Source: Callorhinchus milii
Lineage: Eukaryota
DNA: 64,000 nt
Assembly (NCBI RefSeq): GCF_018977255.1
Contig: NW_024704759.1
Span: 5,332,001-5,396,000, forward strand
Direction: 5' to 3'
The translations under genes were made by a program, and so were the position numbers. The notes below the pieces were generated by a model. It did not search any database, was not told the DNA's origin, and saw only the letters and a program-made list of their open reading frames with translations. Of this stretch, positions 58,870 through 64,000 are shown piece by piece. Each line of letters begins with the position of its first letter. The stretch's first letter is position 1.

Positions 58870-60160
58870 CTCCTTCGTTTCCCTCCCTGTCTCTGGTACC
58901 CAAGCCATGATCGCCATCCCCTCTCTCCCTTCCACACTCCGCTGTCTCCCGTAGCCCACAGGCTGATGCTGCCCCATTGATCACTCGCTCCAGGTCTCTG
59001 AGTGTACGTTTTGGCCTTGGTTATCCCAGAGTAGCCACCCCAACTGTCCCATAGCTCACTCTCTCCACACCAACGGCCTCCGAAAGACAAACGCCCCTTC
59101 CCCCTCCCTCATTCTACTATCTCCAACTTTCTCCACTCCTCAAACTCCACGGTCATTTCTCCACCACCAAATCCTCTCTATACCACTCTCTCCTCCAGGC
59201 CCCCACTCCCTCCCACCAGCAAACCTATCTGCATCGCCCTCCAAAATGTCCGCTCTCACTCCAACAAAGCCCTTACTATTCATGACCTCATCCTGGATGA
59301 GCACATTGATATTCTTGGGCTTGCGGAAACCTGGCTCTCCCCCAGTGACCCCGTCCCCCTCGTTGAAGCCTCCCCTCCTGGTTACACTCTTCACACACTC
59401 CACGCCCCAACCAACATGGCAGCAGGGTGACCCTCATTTCCCAAGCTTCCCTTGGTCTATCCCCCTATTCTTCTGACTGTTTCCCCTCCTTTGAGCACCT
59501 CACCCTTTATCATCCATACGCTCTCTCCCCCAAAATTCTCTGCCACCTCAAACCATCCCTGTCCCTCTGCGCTGAACACCTGCTCATAATTCAACCTCCA
59601 CCTTACCTCTTCTTGCACCACCTCCTCAGATTTCACTGCCCTCTTCTCCTCCCTAAACCTCACCCTCCATATCAACCTGCCACCCCCTCAACCTCGTCAT
59701 CACACATGGCCTTGACATTTCTAACCTGTCTATCACGGATAAGACCACCTCGGGCCACTTCCTCATCTCCCTCTCCTCCCACATCCCCCTCCCCTCTTCC
59801 AAGCCCTCCACATTTTTTCCACCCCTGAAAAAAGCTTCCTCCTGAGTCCTTCACAAATGCCCTCTCTTCCTCGGACCTCCTCTCCCTTTAGCCCTCCACC
59901 TGCAGTGATCCTGATGCAGCCATCAAGCTGCTGAATGATCATCTCTCCACAACCTTCGATTCCCTGGTTCTCCTGAAATCCAGAGCTGTTTACAAATCCA
60001 CCAGCTCCCCTGGTACAACAGTCATCTACACTCACTCCAAACCCAGACGGATGCTCGAGCGCAGATGGCAGAAATCCAGGATCACGATTCACCGCCATCT
60101 GCGGATTGAGCACCTCCAAACCTACTGCCTCTCCCTTTCACAGGCCAAAACTGACTATTG
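58870..60160 (+). mobile_element. L2 LINE endonuclease-region fragment
   Basis: LQNVRSH..IDILGLAETWL; inverted homology to 57505-58070. Confidence 0.8.
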
Positions 60161-60364
60161 TTGCCGGTCAACTTTGTTCACACCTTTCTCTCCACCCAGC
60201 TGACCAAAAAAATGATCACTGCCTTCGGTTGTCTGGAACCAGTTGATCTCACTACCTTGCTCCATGTTCAAAACCTCCTAAAACATTACATGGTGGACTG
60301 TGCTTTGGGTTAACAACTTTAAATCTCTTATTTCACTGGTGCTATTCAAGTTGAGATATTCTTT

Positions 60365-60746
60365 TGGAGAAGAGAAGGTTAAGGGGAGATTTAACAGAGG
60401 TGTTCAAAATTGTGAGGGCTTTTGATAAGAGTAGATAGGGAGAAACTGTTTGCACTGGCACTTAGGATGGACACAGATTTAAGATAATTGACAAAAGAAC
60501 CAGAGAGATGAGGAGAATCTTCTTTTCACTGAGAGTTATTACGGTCTGGAATGCACTACCTGAAAGGGTGGTGAAAACATATTCAATAGCTTCCAAAAGG
60601 AAATTGGATAGGTTCTTGAAAAGGAAACATTTGCAAAGATATGGAGAAAGAGCAGGGGAGTGAGACTGATTGGGTAGCTCTTCCAAGAACCGGCACAGGC
60701 ACGAAGAGCGGAATGGCCTCCTTCTGTGCTGTAATATTCTATGATT
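60365..60746 (+). mobile_element. CR1 3' fragment
   Basis: RRLRGDLTEVFKI; tail ATTCTATGATTC. Confidence 0.8.
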
Positions 60747-61269
60747 CTTTTACATGAAAATAACTGAATATTTTATTGGAGTTCATTGTGCTGATGAAGG
60801 TTGGAAATTACAGTAACTGTTGAATATCTGTCAGTAGGTGGTGGTAAAGTGCTAGAGACAGCAGAGTGAGAACTTTATAGAGGTTTGTGAGTGGGTGAGG
60901 AGCACCTTTTGGGTGTAGATGGGGGGAGTATATCTGTCAGGTGTGGATGGGAGAACTTGTTGGGTGTTGGGGGGGGGGGGGATTGCCTAATGGGCGTTTA
61001 AGTTGATGGTACTTTGCGAATGGTCCTTTGTTGTTCGTGTGGAGAAGCGCTCTGGGACGCTACCCCACGTGAAGAGCGCTATATAAATTCCTGCTGTCGT
61101 TGTTGTGTGGTGCTGATAGCAATGATCTCAAACCCGGAGAGAGCAGAGAGCGTGAGACGTGGGCCTGGGAGAATCCAGAGAGTTGGAAAAGATGGAGTCA
61201 CGAACACCGGCTGCTGGTGAGACACAAAACAATAAGATTCTTTGCGATGGAAAAACTTAAACGTCGATG

Positions 61270-61670
61270 TGATGCAGCTTTCGGAACATCCAGGCTTGAC
61301 TATGTCAACGCTCTGCTCGCCAATCTTCCCAACCCTTCCCTCCACAAACTGCCGATTATTCAGAACTCTGCAGCTCGTTTCCTCTCCCGCACTAAGCTCC
61401 GTGAGCCTATCACTCCCACCCTCGCCGGCTTCATTGGCTCCCCATCCCCGCCCAGAGGATCAAATTTAAAACCCTTGTCCTCACCTTGAAAGCCCTCCAC
61501 GGCCTTGCTCCTCACTACCTCCCTGACCTCCTAAAATCCTACCAACCTGTCTGCTCTCTCGGCTCGGTGGGTACCAGCCTGCTCCACCTGCGGCGGTTGG
61601 ACCTCCGGCTTACCGCCCCCACCCTCTGGAACTCCATCCCCGAGCCCCTGTGCCTTGCGCCCCCATATGC
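61270..61670 (+). mobile_element. L2 3' fragment
   Basis: SRLDYVNALLANLP..IQNSAARFL; APTLWNSIP. Confidence 0.75.
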
Positions 61671-61849
61671 TGTGCCACATCTCAGGGGGAACCAACTGGC
61701 AGCCCGCAAGCCCAACCCGGCCCCAAGGATGATTTCGCTGCCCGCGGATCCCATCCCCAGCTCTCAGGTACCCAACTGCTTCTCACACACTGATCTGCCA
61801 CTTGTCCCATCATTTCTCCAGCAATTCCCTCCTGAAGTCCTAATAATGG

Positions 61850-62335
61850 CCCCCCCTCCCCCCCCCACTCCTCTCCCCCCCCCCCTCCTCCCCCCCCACT
61901 CCTCTCCCCCCCCCACTCCTCCTCCCCCCCACCCCCTCCTCCCCCCCCACTCCTCTCCTCCCCCCCCACCCCTCCTCCCCCCCCCCCTCCTCCCCTCCAC
62001 CCTCCTCCCCCCCACCCCTCCTCCCCCCACCCCCTCCCCCCCCTCTCCTCCCCCCCCACCCCTCTCCCCCCCACCCCCTCCTCCCCCCCATCCCTCCTCC
62101 CCCCACCCCCTCCCCCCCCCCTCCTCTCCCCCCCACCCCTCCTCCCCCCCCTACTCCTCTCCCCCCACCCACTCCTCTCCCCCCCCACCCCCCCTCCCCC
62201 CCCCCTCTCCCCCCCACTCTCCTCTCCCCCCCACCCCTCCTCCCCCTCCCCCCCTCCCCCACCCCCCTCCTCCCCCACCCCTCCTCCTCCTACTCCCCCC
62301 CCCACCTCTCCCCCTCCCCCCCCTCCTCTCCCCCA
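61850..62335. repeat. C-rich (poly-C/CCT) low-complexity tract
   Basis: Almost only C/T with sparse A on the + strand. Confidence 0.9.
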
Positions 62336-62539
62336 ATATTACAGTCTCAGTGTGCAGTGTAATTGCTGTTGGATGTCGCCGGTTAGTGTGAAGGCAGTGG
62401 GAGGGGCGCTGTCAGCCCTGTGGGTGTCGGAGTGCCGCCCCCCCCCCCCCCCCTGTGCTGCTGTGTGTGAGGGACTGCGAGAGGTTGTGTCTGTGAGAGC
62501 CTTTCTGTCCTCTCTCTCTGCGCTGTGTGTGCGAACAAC

Positions 62540-62810
62540 TGGGGGAGACTGTCTGTGTGTGAGGGGGGGAGACTGTCTGTGTGTGTGTTCTGTGAGGGGG
62601 GGGAGCCTGTCTGTGTTGTGTGAGGGGGGGGGGGGGGAGCCTGTCTGTGTGTGTGAGGGGGGGGGGGAGCCTGTCTGTGTGTGTGTGTCTTTTCTGTCTG
62701 TCTGAGTGTCTGTGTGTGTGTGTCTGTCTGTGTGTCTGTCTGTGTCTGTCTGAGTGTCTGTCTGTCTGTGTGTCTGTGTGTGAGTGTCTGTCTGTGTGTG
62801 TCTGAGTGTC
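62540..62810. repeat. (TG)n/(TCTG)n compound microsatellite with G-runs, running into a gap
   Basis: Direct reading. Confidence 0.85.
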
Positions 62811-63464
62811 NNNNNNNNNNNNNNNNNNNNNNNNNNNNNNNNNNNNNNNNNNNNNNNNNNNNNNNNNNNNNNNNNNNNNNNNNNNNNNNNNNNNNNNNNN
62901 NNNNNNNNNNNNNNNNNNNNNNNNNNNNNNNNNNNNNNNNNNNNNNNNNNNNNNNNNNNNNNNNNNNNNNNNNNNNNNNNNNNNNNNNNNNNNNNNNNNN
63001 NNNNNNNNNNNNNNNNNNNNNNNNNNNNNNNNNNNNNNNNNNNNNNNNNNNNNNNNNNNNNNNNNNNNNNNNNNNNNNNNNNNNNNNNNNNNNNNNNNNN
63101 NNNNNNNNNNNNNNNNNNNNNNNNNNNNNNNNNNNNNNNNNNNNNNNNNNNNNNNNNNNNNNNNNNNNNNNNNNNNNNNNNNNNNNNNNNNNNNNNNNNN
63201 NNNNNNNNNNNNNNNNNNNNNNNNNNNNNNNNNNNNNNNNNNNNNNNNNNNNNNNNNNNNNNNNNNNNNNNNNNNNNNNNNNNNNNNNNNNNNNNNNNNN
63301 NNNNNNNNNNNNNNNNNNNNNNNNNNNNNNNNNNNNNNNNNNNNNNNNNNNNNNNNNNNNNNNNNNNNNNNNNNNNNNNNNNNNNNNNNNNNNNNNNNNN
63401 NNNNNNNNNNNNNNNNNNNNNNNNNNNNNNNNNNNNNNNNNNNNNNNNNNNNNNNNNNNNNNNN
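62811..63464. other. Assembly gap (N run), probably covering the RBM38 promoter/5' end
   Basis: N bases; a further small gap lies at 63743-63767. Confidence 1.
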
Positions 63465-63499
63465 CCCCGCAGTGTGGGGAGTGCTCGGTGTCGGGGACG

Positions 63500-63679
63500 A
63501 TGCAGTCCGGGTCCGGGTCGGGGCAGAGGGACACCACATTCACTAAGATCTTCGTGGGGGGACTTCCCTACAGCACCACTCACTCCTCCCTCCGCAGCTA
63601 CTTCCAGGGCTTCGGCGACATCGAGGAGGCGGTGGTCATCAACGACCGACAAACCGGAAAGTCCCGCGGCTATGGCTTT
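63500..63679 (+). CDS. RBM38: RNA-binding protein 38, first coding exon (RRM N-terminal part); gene continues past the window
   Basis: [16 protein letters not shown]...[23 protein letters not shown]|GTAAGT. DTTFTK and FGDIEE fit RBM38 better than RBM24, and synteny matches SPO11-RAE1-RBM38. The frame is open upstream to the gap at 63464, so the true start may lie further 5'. Confidence 0.88.
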
Positions 63680-64000
63680 GTAAGTAGCGACAGACACACC
63701 CCGGGGGGGGGGGGGGGGGAGAGACCCGGGGGGGGGGGGGGGNNNNNNNNNNNNNNNNNNNNNNNNNCTCGTGTGAGTTCCCCAAGCTTTGGCTCTTGAC
63801 AGCGTGTGCCTAATACTGTCCAGAGTTAGGTAAGCAGGGTGCGTCCCTCCAGGGAGAGAGGGTGCATTCCATTCCAACAATGTATAGGTGGGACGCATGG
63901 AATTCTCAGCTTGGTTTGTAGGCTCTTAAATGGTGATAGGTTTCCGTATGTTTCAGACCCCCGGCTGCCCCCCACCCCCAAAGAAAAAAAGATAGCTCTT

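Noticed and set aside
61486-62391. 301-aa proline-rich ORF and the antisense glycine-rich ORFs
   Set aside because: These are translations of an L2 fragment plus the poly-C tract, where stop codons are absent by composition.
62339-63898. Long ORFs of 246-519 aa
   Set aside because: Artefacts of reading through N gaps and microsatellites; only the RBM38 exon part is real.

Overview
Vertebrate genomic DNA, most likely from a cartilaginous fish. This is inferred from the CR1/L2/tRNA-derived Deu-type SINE landscape and protein divergence; a holocephalan such as Callorhinchus is plausible but not proven. Five protein-coding genes are present: an intronless PPP1R3D-like gene (+, 2236-4020); TTLL9 (-, 13 coding exons traced at 7347-20060, first coding exon not found); SPO11 (+, 13 exons, 23020-36576, 394 aa); RAE1 (+, 11 coding exons, 40371-51212, 368 aa); and the first coding exon of RBM38 (+, 63500-63679). 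TTLL9 and SPO11 are head-to-head on one CpG island that carries an RFX X-box, and each contains a U12-type intron. Introns and intergenic DNA are dense in CR1, L2, SINE and MITE fragments. The most notable observations are: a head-to-tail Helitron dimer with a Pif1-helicase remnant inserted 21 nt from the TTLL9 U12 donor; a SINE copy near the RAE1 promoter with almost one-directional AT-to-GC divergence (a GC-biased gene conversion-like signature); a 14-aa tandem-repeat N-terminal extension plus an abutting in-frame uORF on the PPP1R3D-like gene; and a candidate 'silent' terminal intron in RAE1. There are three assembly gaps. All homology calls are from recalled sequences, not searches, and repeat boundaries are approximate unless termini are quoted.
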